Assembly: GCA_038874115.1 (NCBI GenBank)
Contig: JAVZDC010000001.1
Span: 138,871-202,870 of the forward strand
DNA from: an archaeon
GTDB lineage: Archaea > B1Sed10-29 > JAVZDC01
Length of the DNA: 64,000 nt
Reading direction: 5' to 3'
Numbering within the stretch: position 1 is the stretch's first letter; each line of letters starts with the position of its first letter. This document shows, piece after piece, positions 8,754 to 19,159 of the stretch. The position numbers and the translations under genes were made by a program. Under the pieces are notes generated by a model. It was not told the DNA's origin, did not search any database, and worked only from the letters and a program-made list of their open reading frames with translations.

Positions 8754-10673
8754 ATGCTTTGGAAAACAACTGCGCTCTCGTTGATCATCTTTTTAATATT
8801 TTGTTTACCTGTTTTTTGTTTAAACGTAGATTTAGAAATGAACCCTGTGAATGGGTCAGCACCGTTGCACGTATATTTGAATGCAGTTATTTCTGAAAAC
8901 CAATCTACTCCTGAAATAATTTGGAATATCGAGGATGAGTCCGGGCATGGGATCAGTATTATTGATCAAGATAAAATAGACAATATTTTCCGGGCAGGAA
9001 CGTATAAAATAAATTTGACTGTTGCAGACTCAACTACAAGAAAAAGTGTGACTAAAATCCTAAAAGTTTTTGAGTCCCAAACAGATGCCATGATTGAAAC
9101 AGACTGTAATTTCCCCCAAGACCCTTATAACTATGTCAACATTTATGCAAAAGTAGCAGAATCCGAAGGAAAAAGTTGCTCTGGAGAATTAACCGCAACC
9201 ATCGATGACATGCTTAATGTTAGTTTTAACAAATATTCTGGTTGCTATTTTTCCAAATACATAATACTTCCTGGAGGATTACATAGGGTAACTTTTCAAT
9301 ATAAACATCCAATAGAAACAAAATTTGCGACTTGCATTTTCAAAGTTCCATACCAAACAAATGTGGATATAAAGATATCTGAGCCAAGAGAAAATAAAAC
9401 GTATGCTGTAAATTCTTTGATTTTTGTTGAAGTTACAGGGTTCGTAAATGGTCGAATAGCAAAAGATGGAAAGATTACCGTATATTATGAAAATGAGAGC
9501 GTTGAATTAAACAATTTTAGAGGAGTTTTTAAAGGTTTTATTAAATTTAGAAACACTGGTCTTCAGAACCTTACCTTTGAGTTTAAGTACGGTCTCCTTG
9601 AAACAAAAAAAGAAATAAAGGTAAATATAAGTGAGACTTCGGAAGATGTGGCTGGAGCTAGAATTAAAACATATTTCCCAGCAAATATAAACACGAATGT
9701 ATCTGAATCATTGAGAGTACAAGTTTATAATTGGAAGGGTCTTTTGGAAGAAAATGCAAGAGTGAAGGCTGAAGTTTATTATGATTCCCAAGTCGTAGAT
9801 ACTTTTGACCTGCCGTTGACTGGAGTATTCTATACAAAAGTTTATAGCTTTAAGCACGCCGGAATATTTACATTAAGAATTACTGCAGAGTTTGAAAATA
9901 ATACATTGGTCGATAAAAAAGAAGTAAAGGTTGGAACGCCTGTTGAAATCTCGAAAGTTGAAAATTTTACAATTATAATTTTAAACCCTCAAGAAAACGA
10001 GACCTATTCAACAGAAGCTAATATAAAAGCTATCGCAAAGATTCTTTTAAATAATTCGCCTATTTCGGCAGCAAACGTGCTATTTAAAGTAGATGATGAA
10101 ATATTGAATTCTACTTACGAAGGGTTTGGAGAATATTCTGCTATTTTGCCCATTCTTCCAGAAGGAATACATTCATTAAGTGTGTTCGCAACATACGGTT
10201 CGGACTTTGTAGCGAATAAAAGCATCGATTTTTCGACAAGTGAGCACCGAGTAATAATAAAAGCAACAAATCCGGGAGAAAATGATGAAGTATTTACTGA
10301 GAAAGGAGGGAAAATTGAACTTATAGCAACTGTTGTTGATGAAACTAATGATATTGCGGTAAATGCTTTGGTACTTGGAGAATTAATTAGCCCAAACGGG
10401 ATGAAAACAAACATTCAATTTTCAATGGATCAAAACTCTGGAAGATATATAGGAATATTTTATCCTTTAGAAACAGGAATTTATCAATTAAAAATCACTG
10501 CTAAAAAGCAAGGTCATGTATCAGATTCGGTTTCTTTAAGATTTAAAATCACAGTTAAAGAAGAAAAAATTTCGTTGCTTGGCTTTTTAACAACTGAAAA
10601 TTTAGTCTTGATTGCGATAGTTTTAGGTATAATTGCGCTTTTATTAATCATATTTAAATTTTTGTTACATTGA
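8754..10673 (+). CDS. Surface protein with PKD and tandem Ig-like domains, C-terminal TM
   Basis: Signal peptide, PKD-like P..G.APL.V...GTYKINLTV.D, repeated beta-sandwich segments, terminal hydrophobic helix. Confidence 0.75.
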   Translation: MLWKTTALSLIIFLIFCLPVFCLNVDLEMNPVNGSAPLHVYLNAVISENQSTPEIIWNIEDESGHGISIIDQDKIDNIFRAGTYKINLTVADSTTRKSVTKILKVFESQTDAMIETDCNFPQDPYNYVNIYAKVAESEGKSCSGELTATIDDMLNVSFNKYSGCYFSKYIILPGGLHRVTFQYKHPIETKFATCIFKVPYQTNVDIKISEPRENKTYAVNSLIFVEVTGFVNGRIAKDGKITVYYENESVELNNFRGVFKGFIKFRNTGLQNLTFEFKYGLLETKKEIKVNISETSEDVAGARIKTYFPANINTNVSESLRVQVYNWKGLLEENARVKAEVYYDSQVVDTFDLPLTGVFYTKVYSFKHAGIFTLRITAEFENNTLVDKKEVKVGTPVEISKVENFTIIILNPQENETYSTEANIKAIAKILLNNSPISAANVLFKVDDEILNSTYEGFGEYSAILPILPEGIHSLSVFATYGSDFVANKSIDFSTSEHRVIIKATNPGENDEVFTEKGGKIELIATVVDETNDIAVNALVLGELISPNGMKTNIQFSMDQNSGRYIGIFYPLETGIYQLKITAKKQGHVSDSVSLRFKITVKEEKISLLGFLTTENLVLIAIVLGIIALLLIIFKFLLH

Positions 10674-10682
10674 AGGGATTGA

Positions 10683-11828
10683 ATGAAACTATTCGTAGAA
10701 AAATTGGTTGAAAATAAAAACGAGTTTGAACTTGTGGAAAGAAAAGGTCTTGGCCATCCAGACACAATATGCGACTCTATTTGTGAAAGTATATCCATCT
10801 CCCTTTGCAAAGAGTATTTGGAGAAATTTGGATTTATTGCTCATCATAACATCGATAAAGGTCTTCTTGCAGCAGGAGAGTCAAGAGTAAGGTTTGGAGG
10901 CGGAGAAGTTACAAAACCCATGAAAATGATAGTAGGAGACAGGGCAACACGAGAATGGAACGGTATTGAAATAGATCTAGATAAAATAATTTATGAAACT
11001 ACGAGAAAATGGTTTTTAGAGAATTTAAGATTTGTAAAACAAGAACATTTTGAAATAGAAAATGTATTAAAGCCAACTTCGCCAGAACTTGCAAGGATTT
11101 TTAAAGAAAAAGATGTTCCTGGCTCAAACGATACTTCTGCAGCTTTCGGATATTATCCTTTGTCTGAACTTGAAAAAATAGTTCTTGATACTGAATTGTA
11201 CTTAAATTCAAAGGATTATAAAAAAAGTTTTCCAGAAACCGGGGAAGACATAAAGATAATGGGGATCAGGAAAAAAAAGGAGGTTGAGCTCACGATAGCA
11301 ATGAGTTTTATAGATTCTTTAATAGAATCAGAAGAAGACTATTTTAGAAAAAAAGAAGAAGTTTTAGAAGATTTAAAAGATAAAACCGGAATTAAAGGTA
11401 TTACGTTGAACAATCTAGATAAAAAGGGCTTTGGGCTTGAAGGAATTTATTTAACTGTGACAGGAACTTCAGCAGAGAGTGGGGATTCTGGCCAAGTTGG
11501 AAGAGGAAACAGAGTAAATGGAGTTATTTCTTTTTACAGACCATTCAGTAGTGAAGCTGCGGCTGGAAAAAATCCTGTAGCACATATAGGTAAAATTTAT
11601 AATGTTTTAAGTCATGTATTGGCTAAAGAGATTTATGAAAAAACAGGGGAGAAAACGTACATTTGGATTGTAAACAAAATTGGAAATCCGATAGACGATC
11701 CACTTATATTAATTCGTCTAAAAGATGTTACTCGTTCGAAAGAAGTAGAGGAAATAATAAACAAATATTTTTCAAACTTGCGTAAATTTTGCTTAGATCT
11801 TGCTAAAGGAAAATATAAAATATGCTGA
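10683..11828 (+). CDS. mat: Archaeal S-adenosylmethionine synthetase
   Basis: ERKGLGHPD, SNDTS, GEDIK, GQVGRGNR, AGKNPVAHIGKIYN. Confidence 0.95.
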   Translation: MKLFVEKLVENKNEFELVERKGLGHPDTICDSICESISISLCKEYLEKFGFIAHHNIDKGLLAAGESRVRFGGGEVTKPMKMIVGDRATREWNGIEIDLDKIIYETTRKWFLENLRFVKQEHFEIENVLKPTSPELARIFKEKDVPGSNDTSAAFGYYPLSELEKIVLDTELYLNSKDYKKSFPETGEDIKIMGIRKKKEVELTIAMSFIDSLIESEEDYFRKKEEVLEDLKDKTGIKGITLNNLDKKGFGLEGIYLTVTGTSAESGDSGQVGRGNRVNGVISFYRPFSSEAAAGKNPVAHIGKIYNVLSHVLAKEIYEKTGEKTYIWIVNKIGNPIDDPLILIRLKDVTRSKEVEEIINKYFSNLRKFCLDLAKGKYKIC

Positions 11829-11840
11829 ATTAATTTTATA

Positions 11841-12251
11841 ATGAAAGGTGATCTTATGGCAGATGAATTAAAAACTGTTCCAAATCAACCAGTGGAACCT
11901 GAGGAGGAAGTTGGGGAAAAAGAAGCAGAATCGTTAGTTTTCCCAAATGCAGTGATTGTAAGAGAATTAAGAAAACACATATCAAAAGAAAAATTAATAA
12001 AAAAAGAGGTTAAGATAGCTGTGAACAAATTTTTGGCTGAAATTTTGGCACAGATTGCAAAAGAGATGGATAAATTCCCTTACGCAACAATAGATTACAG
12101 AATGTTTGAAGAATCTATAAAACCATTCAAGCAAGCAAAAGAAATCAAACTTGAAAAAACAAGATTAATAAAACATTTAGACGCGATCATCGAAGACTGC
12201 AACTCAATTAAAAGAGATTTAGAGGAAAAATTTAAAGAGAGTTTAGAATAA
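11841..12251 (+). CDS. Histone-fold protein with acidic N-tail and C-terminal coiled coil
   Basis: FPNAVIVRELRK...IKKEVKIAVNKFL..I..E....ATIDYRMF follows the three histone-fold helices; real start possibly 11856. Confidence 0.7.
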   Translation: MKGDLMADELKTVPNQPVEPEEEVGEKEAESLVFPNAVIVRELRKHISKEKLIKKEVKIAVNKFLAEILAQIAKEMDKFPYATIDYRMFEESIKPFKQAKEIKLEKTRLIKHLDAIIEDCNSIKRDLEEKFKESLE

Positions 12252-12716
12252 TTAAACCAATAAATTTTCCATTTCCATCTTTATTATTTCTCCTGTTTCT
12301 GCATTTATTTTTACAACCACGATTTTAAAATCGCTTGTTATAAAAATAAAATGCCAGATTGGCTTCCCAAGTTCTGCATTTAAAGTTACAAGCAAACTTA
12401 CTTCTTTTTTCCCAATTTTTTTAAATTCTTTAGCCGCTTTTTCTAACATATTCTCTGGGTTTGTTTTTATGAGTTTTTCATCCAAAGAGAACTCGGACAT
12501 CTTGATTGGTTTTTCTGGTTGAGATAGACTATTTAATCGATAATCGAACTGAATAACTAAATTCTTTTCTTGGTTAGCGTACACTAGAATCCAATCATTT
12601 AACCCTTTTGTCCGATCTCGAATGCAATATGCTAAATTAAGATGATATCCAGATTCTAAAATTTGCTCTACTTCTTTATTTTTTTTAGCAAGACTTAAAA
12701 CTTCTTTAAAATGCAT
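12252..12716 (-). CDS. Hypothetical protein with PepSY-like C-terminus
   Basis: PIWHFIF...VKINAETGEII. Confidence 0.6.
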   Translation of the reverse strand: MHFKEVLSLAKKNKEVEQILESGYHLNLAYCIRDRTKGLNDWILVYANQEKNLVIQFDYRLNSLSQPEKPIKMSEFSLDEKLIKTNPENMLEKAAKEFKKIGKKEVSLLVTLNAELGKPIWHFIFITSDFKIVVVKINAETGEIIKMEMENLLV

Positions 12717-12747
12717 AATTTTTTAAATAACATTAAAACTATTTAAA

Positions 12748-14535
12748 ATGATGAGTTCTCAGAGCCAAGTAAAAATTTTAGATCTTACTAAATATTTGAA
12801 AGGATTGCCAAATGAAAAAAAGACGATAAGCTACATGTTAATAACTGGAATAGTATTCTTTGCAGCAATTATTTCAATTCAAAATAGTTTTCTAAGTGCA
12901 GGTCTTACTACTTTGATTTATATTTGGATGCCTACGATATTCTCTGCATTGTTTATGGTTCCAATAAGTAAGCTTTTAAGAACTCCGATAAACAGAAACC
13001 AGGCTTTTTATCTTTCGTTTGTGTGTATGGCACTAACAGCTACTTTATTGTTATCAGGACTCTACATACAAAAATTCGTTGGGCTAAATTCCATAAATTT
13101 CTTTATTTTTGGGCTTTCGATCACTTTTATTTTTCAAGTTTTAGTATTTTGGTTAATATTTTCATACAGAATAACAAAAAGTTGCCTTATGGCGAGTATT
13201 TATCCTATATTTTGCTTAATCTCAATTGAACTTGGTAGTTTTCTAACAATTTTCCAAACTTTCCCTCCAGAAATCGTTTTTGCTAAATTTCTGATATCTT
13301 TAAGTATCTTTTTAATTGGGATTTGTATTTTCCTTATACTACTTGATGCTCCTGCAAAAGCTAATTTTGGGGTTAGTGCTTGGAGACTTGGGCAAAGTTT
13401 ATTGTCTGAAATACTTTCAGGTAAAAGCGACGTAGAGAAAAAACTTTTAAAACTTGCGGAAAAAACAGATGTCCTTGTTGGCTTGTTAAATTTTAAAACT
13501 AAGAAAAAGAATGAAATATTACTTGTAACTCCGTATATCCATCTTGGGCCTTTTGGTAGTTTAGGTGGAGCAAAATTCTCTGAATTTTTAATTAAAACTA
13601 TTGAACAAAATCCAAATAAAAAAGTAATTATAACGCATGGGACAGCAACACATGATTTAAACCCGATTGGAGAAAAAACCATAGAAAAAATAATTTCTGA
13701 AATTAAAAAAGAATCTGAAAAAATGGAGTATTATGAAACCGCATCTATGCCTGTTTTTTTAAAAATGAACGACTGCCAATTTTTAGCTCAGAAATTTGGC
13801 GACACAATTTTCTCCATATCTTCTTTTGCTCCTAAACCTACTGAAGACATTGACTTTGCGATAGGATTAGCAATGATTGCTCATCTTGGAAAAGCGATAC
13901 ATAGCGATGCTCATAATTCTTGTAGGCCTGGGCATCACACAATATTTTCCGGAGATTTAAGACAATATGAGTTAATAGATGGGGCAAAAAAATTGTCTAC
14001 TTTAATAGGAGACGCGAAATATAAATTGAAAGTTGGATTCTCAAAAGATGATTTTAAAGGATATTCTGAAAGGCATGGGATAGGGAAAGGAGGTTTAAGA
14101 ATATTGGTAACAGAAGTCAACAAAATTAGAACAGCTTATATAGTATTAGACGGAAATAATTTAATTCCAGGTTTAAGAGAAAAAATAATAAAAGAAGCGA
14201 AAAAATATGTTGAATATGCTGAAGTAATGACTTCTGATTCGCATGCAGTAAACACTGGAGATATTGGATATAATCCAATTGGTTTAAAAATACCTGAAAA
14301 GGAAATAATTAATCGGGTGATTAATACTTTGAAAGAAGCTATTAAAAACTTGGATGATTCAGAAATTGGAACAAAAATTATCAAGATAAAAGGAATTCCT
14401 GTTTTTGGCCCACACAAAGCTAGTGAACTAGTCTCAACTATAAATTCCACTGTTGCTTTTTTAAAGATAACAACACCTATCCTAACATGTTTAACGATGG
14501 CGCTTGCTCTTCTAAGTATTTTCGCATTGGGTTAG
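12748..14535 (+). CDS. DUF2070 family membrane protein
   Basis: Multi-TM N-terminus; H.GPFG..GG, HG..THD.NP, DAHN, DGNN, TSDSH.VN motifs. Confidence 0.85.
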   Translation: MMSSQSQVKILDLTKYLKGLPNEKKTISYMLITGIVFFAAIISIQNSFLSAGLTTLIYIWMPTIFSALFMVPISKLLRTPINRNQAFYLSFVCMALTATLLLSGLYIQKFVGLNSINFFIFGLSITFIFQVLVFWLIFSYRITKSCLMASIYPIFCLISIELGSFLTIFQTFPPEIVFAKFLISLSIFLIGICIFLILLDAPAKANFGVSAWRLGQSLLSEILSGKSDVEKKLLKLAEKTDVLVGLLNFKTKKKNEILLVTPYIHLGPFGSLGGAKFSEFLIKTIEQNPNKKVIITHGTATHDLNPIGEKTIEKIISEIKKESEKMEYYETASMPVFLKMNDCQFLAQKFGDTIFSISSFAPKPTEDIDFAIGLAMIAHLGKAIHSDAHNSCRPGHHTIFSGDLRQYELIDGAKKLSTLIGDAKYKLKVGFSKDDFKGYSERHGIGKGGLRILVTEVNKIRTAYIVLDGNNLIPGLREKIIKEAKKYVEYAEVMTSDSHAVNTGDIGYNPIGLKIPEKEIINRVINTLKEAIKNLDDSEIGTKIIKIKGIPVFGPHKASELVSTINSTVAFLKITTPILTCLTMALALLSIFALG

Positions 14536-14538
14536 TGT

Positions 14539-15642
14539 ATGAACATGAAAATCGGGTGGTTTACTGAAACATACTATCCTCAAATGAATGGGGTGGTAAG
14601 CTCCATTCAGAAAACTGGTGCGGAACTTGTAAAAAGAGGGTATGAAATCCACTTGTTTTGCCCAAAAACAAGCGTAAAAAATAGTATTTTTAAAATACAT
14701 GAAGCTTTTTCATTTACTTTCCCACCTTATCCTGAATTTAAAGTTGGTATACCGCTAAAAATGGATTGCCCAAAGATGGATCTTGTGCACACTCACGGAC
14801 CTTTCTTTATGGGAAGGTATGGAGTTAAAATCGCAAAGAAACAAAAAATTCCAAAAATAAGTACTTTTCACACTCTCTTATCAGACTACGTTGAATACAT
14901 TACTCCGATTGGAAAAAGATTTGCAAGATTTTTAACTTGGAAATATTGCGAAATGCATTATTCTAAATACGATAAATTAATTGTACCAAGTAAAGCATTG
15001 GAAAAAGTTCTTGGGGAAAGAGTTAAACGGCCTATCTCCGTTGTCCCTACAGGAGTAGATTTATCCTTTTTTAAACCTGTGGAAAATGCGCGAGAAAAAC
15101 TTGGCTTGCCTGAGGATAAAAAAATATTTTTATCGGTTGGACGATTAAGTTATGAAAAAAATATCGACGTTCTAATTAAAGCGATGGAAAAAATAGATGA
15201 CGGTTTGCTTTTGATAGGGGGAAGAGGGCCTGCTGAAAATTATTTGAAAGAATGCATAAATAAATGTAATGTTTCAGAAAAAGTTAAACTTTTAGGTTTT
15301 ATAGATCAGAAAGATTTGCCTGCATATTATTCTGCAGCAGATTTTTTCTTAATTGCTTCTTTAAGTGAGACTCAAGCAATTGTTGTTTTAGAAGCCATGG
15401 CTTGCGGAACTCCAGTCATAGGTGTAAATTATCTTGCCATCCCTGAATTTATTCAAAATGGAGTAAATGGATTTATATTTAACCCGAACTCTGTAGAAGA
15501 TCTTGCGGATAAAATGAATGAAAAATGTACTCCAACAATGCGAAGAAAAGCTTTAGAAACTGCGCAAAATTACTCGATAGAAAAATGTACGGACATTTTA
15601 GAAAAAATATATGAAGAATTGGTTAACGCAAAAACTACTTGA
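14539..15642 (+). CDS. GT4 glycosyltransferase
   Basis: FTETYYPQMNGV, GRLSYEKN, ETQAIVVLEAMACG. Confidence 0.92.
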   Translation: MNMKIGWFTETYYPQMNGVVSSIQKTGAELVKRGYEIHLFCPKTSVKNSIFKIHEAFSFTFPPYPEFKVGIPLKMDCPKMDLVHTHGPFFMGRYGVKIAKKQKIPKISTFHTLLSDYVEYITPIGKRFARFLTWKYCEMHYSKYDKLIVPSKALEKVLGERVKRPISVVPTGVDLSFFKPVENAREKLGLPEDKKIFLSVGRLSYEKNIDVLIKAMEKIDDGLLLIGGRGPAENYLKECINKCNVSEKVKLLGFIDQKDLPAYYSAADFFLIASLSETQAIVVLEAMACGTPVIGVNYLAIPEFIQNGVNGFIFNPNSVEDLADKMNEKCTPTMRRKALETAQNYSIEKCTDILEKIYEELVNAKTT

Positions 15643-16840
15643 ATTCTCTTAAAACTCTTTCATAGAAATCGATGGTTTTTTTGGAAATTATTTCCCAATC
15701 GAACTTTTTGAGTGCAATCTCTCTACTTTTCTTCCCCATTTTTTCTCTAAGGGTTTTGTCTCCTAAAAGGATATTTAACTTTTCCGCTAATGCTGCTGAA
15801 GATCTTTTTGGAACAATAAACCCATTCACCCCATTATCGACTATTTCTGGATTCCCACCAGCATCTGTAGCCACTAAAGGCCTCCCACATGCAAGAGCTT
15901 CTAACAAAGAAAATGGTAAAACTTCCCACAAAGATGGCAGAACATAAACATCACAGCTCGAATAGAGAGCTGGCATTTTTTCGTCAGGGATAAATCCTGG
16001 AAATATTACGTTTTTTGAAATACCAAATTTTTTGGCTTTGAGCATCAGAGATTTCAAAGAATTCCCTCTTCCACAGATGACAAGCCTTGTTTTAGGATAC
16101 TCTTTTAAAACTTCAGGGAATGCTTTTAAAAGATAATGGACTCCTTTTTGAGGTATAAGCCTTCCGGTGAAAAGCACAAGATAGTCTAAACCATCTAAAA
16201 AACCATCTCGTAATGATGGCTCAACTGGCTTAAACTTTTCAACATCTATGCCATTGTGAATAACTTCGATTTTATCTGGATTTATTCCTGGATACATACA
16301 AATATCCCATTTTGCGGCTTCGCTCACAGATATTATTCTATATGCTTTTTTCAAGATTTCTATTCCGTATGCTTTTTCATATGAGTACCCTAAAACAGAT
16401 ACTACATGATTAATCCCGAAAGGTCGAGCATTGTGTAATGTTAACACTCCTGGCTTTCCAATTTTTGCTGCAAATTTAATGGAATAAGCAAAATCTGGGA
16501 ACCATCTTCCATGACAATTAAAGACATCAAAATTATATTTCTTATGTAAATCTTCCAATGCTTTTTTAGCAGACGGAGCGACAGTAAGTGGAGGAGGATA
16601 AATTAAAGGCATTGCGACTTGGTAGCTTGGAATTCTGTGAACGTGCATCCCGAAAACTTTTTCTGATTTTTTTGTATTTTTTATTCTAGAAGTTAATACA
16701 TGCACTTCAAACTTCCTGGCCAACCTTTTTCCATTTTCTAAAATATGGTATTCCGTTCCTCCAGAATAAGGGTAAAAAAATGCATTTGAAATACAAAGTT
16801 TAACTTTTCTCATCAAAATATTTTTATGTAACAAAATCAA
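15635..16840 (-). CDS. GT4 glycosyltransferase (real start probably near 16813)
   Basis: YPYSGG.E, GRLIPQKG, EVLPFSLLEALACG. Confidence 0.92.
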   Translation of the reverse strand: MILLHKNILMRKVKLCISNAFFYPYSGGTEYHILENGKRLARKFEVHVLTSRIKNTKKSEKVFGMHVHRIPSYQVAMPLIYPPPLTVAPSAKKALEDLHKKYNFDVFNCHGRWFPDFAYSIKFAAKIGKPGVLTLHNARPFGINHVVSVLGYSYEKAYGIEILKKAYRIISVSEAAKWDICMYPGINPDKIEVIHNGIDVEKFKPVEPSLRDGFLDGLDYLVLFTGRLIPQKGVHYLLKAFPEVLKEYPKTRLVICGRGNSLKSLMLKAKKFGISKNVIFPGFIPDEKMPALYSSCDVYVLPSLWEVLPFSLLEALACGRPLVATDAGGNPEIVDNGVNGFIVPKRSSAALAEKLNILLGDKTLREKMGKKSREIALKKFDWEIISKKTIDFYERVLREFK

Positions 16841-16940
16841 TAAAAAAGTTACGGAAGTATCAAATTTATAGCAAACATTTTTAAATACAGGTAGAATACT
16901 AAAAATGACACATTTTTTAAATTTTTAAAGAGGTGGAAGA

Positions 16941-17159
16941 ATGGCAGAATTAACACCTAATGAAAAAAAGATTGTGGATGCACTTATTCAGCTTGGAGCA
17001 AAAGATGAAAGTCATTTAAAAACTGCAGACGATGTTATGAGAGCAACAAAATTGCCAAAAGGAATTGTAGGCGGTGCACTCACAGAACTTACGAAAAAAG
17101 GAGTAGTTAAAAGAGTTGCGAGAGAAAAAGCTGCAGGATATTATGTTATATCCCAATAA
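16941..17159 (+). CDS. Small basic winged-helix DNA-binding protein
   Basis: LTPNEKKIVDAL..TADDV...KG.V..AL.EL.KKG.VKR wHTH pattern; SD GAGGTG. Confidence 0.75.
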   Translation: MAELTPNEKKIVDALIQLGAKDESHLKTADDVMRATKLPKGIVGGALTELTKKGVVKRVAREKAAGYYVISQ

Positions 17160-17168
17160 TGAGATCTT

Positions 17169-18461
17169 ATGCAACCCGATTTAAAACTCTTTTTATTTTT
17201 AATTTTTAGTATTTCTTTTGGTTATTCAATAACGCTTGGCGCGGAAGATGCTGCAAAAAAGATAAGTCCATATGCTTTTTCAGGAGAAGCGTTGGACATA
17301 AAACCCACTCAAGTAGTTTATTTTGAAGGGAAAGAATATTGGGTTGTGGAGCTTAAATCGTTAGGAGAAATATATGCTTTATTTGTGGTAGATGCGAACA
17401 CTGGCGAAATATTCGCTGGGCCAGGTTCTAAAATTCCAATGAAAATACATTACTTGGCAAACAAATTTCAACCAGAAAGTACTTTTGATAGTTATCTTGG
17501 AGAAAGTTTAAGTACAACACGAAATTTTCAGACAAATTTAGAAAGTAAGAAAAGTGAAATAAAAGACCGAGTGCAATCGACAAATATCTCTTTTTCAGAA
17601 TATAATGACTTAATGAATGCGATCGAAAACGGGATAAAAAAAGCTGAAAATTCGGCTCAGATCATAATTACTTTACAAAATGAAATGAGAAACATTACAT
17701 CTGAGGCTGCGTTTAACAAAGTAATAACTGATGTACGCCTTTATTTTGATACTCAGAGTGCTTTCTACGCGTCTTTGGATACAGTTTTAAAAGAATCAGA
17801 AGATTTTAAAGACGAGATTTCTGAGAAGCAAAACAATGGAGAAATTACTCCAGAAATGGCTTTTGTTTTGAAAGGTTCAGCCTCATTCGATTATGGAAAA
17901 ACATTAAAAGATATGAAAGATAAATTGAACTCGACAAAAAACACGATAAACTTATTTCTTGATTCGATAGATGAAAAAGTGGGTTTATTTTATGCAAAAA
18001 TGTTGGCGAGATTGAATGCAAGCGAACCGGAAACACAAAAACAAAAGATGATAGAAAGAATAAATAATCTAATTACAAGGCATTCTTATTTGGTGTCGAG
18101 CGCAAATAAGTTGAGTCAAGATTGCTTAGAAAAACTTAACGTAATTTCTAAATTAAATTCAATCCAAAACTTTTTGACTAAAGCGAGAGAAATATGTGGG
18201 GGATTAAACACTAGCGCATGTCTCGCTCTATCTTCAGAACTAGATAAAATGGAGTTATTGGCAAACCAAGTCAATGCTAGCTTAAAAAAAGGATGCGAGG
18301 AAGAACAGCCTATCGAAGAACAAAAAGAGGGGGTAAACTGGCTTTTGGTTGGGGGGATTATTGCAATTCTTGTCTTCATTTTTATTTTCTTTTATATGAA
18401 AAAAGGAGAGGGGGAGGAACGTGTGGAGCAAAGTTCTCCTTGGGCTTATTTTGAGCGTTAA
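17169..18461 (+). CDS. Secreted helical/coiled-coil protein with C-terminal TM
   Basis: Signal peptide, PepSY-like YWVVE..VDANTGEI, long helical body, TM near C-terminus. Confidence 0.7.
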   Translation: MQPDLKLFLFLIFSISFGYSITLGAEDAAKKISPYAFSGEALDIKPTQVVYFEGKEYWVVELKSLGEIYALFVVDANTGEIFAGPGSKIPMKIHYLANKFQPESTFDSYLGESLSTTRNFQTNLESKKSEIKDRVQSTNISFSEYNDLMNAIENGIKKAENSAQIIITLQNEMRNITSEAAFNKVITDVRLYFDTQSAFYASLDTVLKESEDFKDEISEKQNNGEITPEMAFVLKGSASFDYGKTLKDMKDKLNSTKNTINLFLDSIDEKVGLFYAKMLARLNASEPETQKQKMIERINNLITRHSYLVSSANKLSQDCLEKLNVISKLNSIQNFLTKAREICGGLNTSACLALSSELDKMELLANQVNASLKKGCEEEQPIEEQKEGVNWLLVGGIIAILVFIFIFFYMKKGEGEERVEQSSPWAYFER

Positions 18462-19152
18462 CGTTGTTTTCAGTGCATTGCTTATTTCAGAAGCGAACAT
18501 AAGTAAAGATAAAATTTATTCTGGAGAAAAAATATCTTTATTTGTAGAGCTAATTTCAACTTCTGACGAAAAAAATTTTATACTTATTCACTCGAATGCA
18601 TTAAGCTTGGATGTGAACCAATCGATTTCAATTAGAAAAGGGGAAAGATACACGAAAGAATTTGAAATTACTATTCCTGAAGGAGTTCATCCTGGAATAT
18701 ATAAAATAAACTTAATTACTTTCAATGATAAAAAAGATGTTTCCCTTGAAATTAAAGAACTTCCAATTAGTTTAAAGTATGAATTTAAACCAGGCGTTCT
18801 TCTGGAAAATGAAAACTGCTCTTTAAATGTTTCAATAATCGCAAAGTCAAACATAAGGAATATTGAGCTGAAACTCGAGCTTCCAAAAGACTTCAAAGCT
18901 TTAACTTATTTAGATTTTCAAGCATCAAAATTGTCATCAAACCAAGAAACAAGTACAACTTTTGGATTTTCACCAATGAAAAGCGGCACTTATACATTAA
19001 TTCTTGAAATGTCTTTCGAGGATGAATTGGGCAAACATAAACAAGTAAAATATATAGGCACAATGGTAGGCCAACAAACAAATCTTGAAATAGTTTTAAT
19101 AATAATTTTAATAGTTTTAGCTGGAATCTTGATACTAAAAAGAATAATTTAG
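18421..19152 (+). CDS. Secreted Ig-like (CARDB-type) protein with C-terminal TM
   Basis: GTG start after GGGGAGG; two beta-sandwich domains (PG.Y.I; SG.Y.L); terminal TM. Confidence 0.7.
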   Translation: MWSKVLLGLILSVNVVFSALLISEANISKDKIYSGEKISLFVELISTSDEKNFILIHSNALSLDVNQSISIRKGERYTKEFEITIPEGVHPGIYKINLITFNDKKDVSLEIKELPISLKYEFKPGVLLENENCSLNVSIIAKSNIRNIELKLELPKDFKALTYLDFQASKLSSNQETSTTFGFSPMKSGTYTLILEMSFEDELGKHKQVKYIGTMVGQQTNLEIVLIIILIVLAGILILKRII

Positions 19153-19159
19153 ATCTAAT

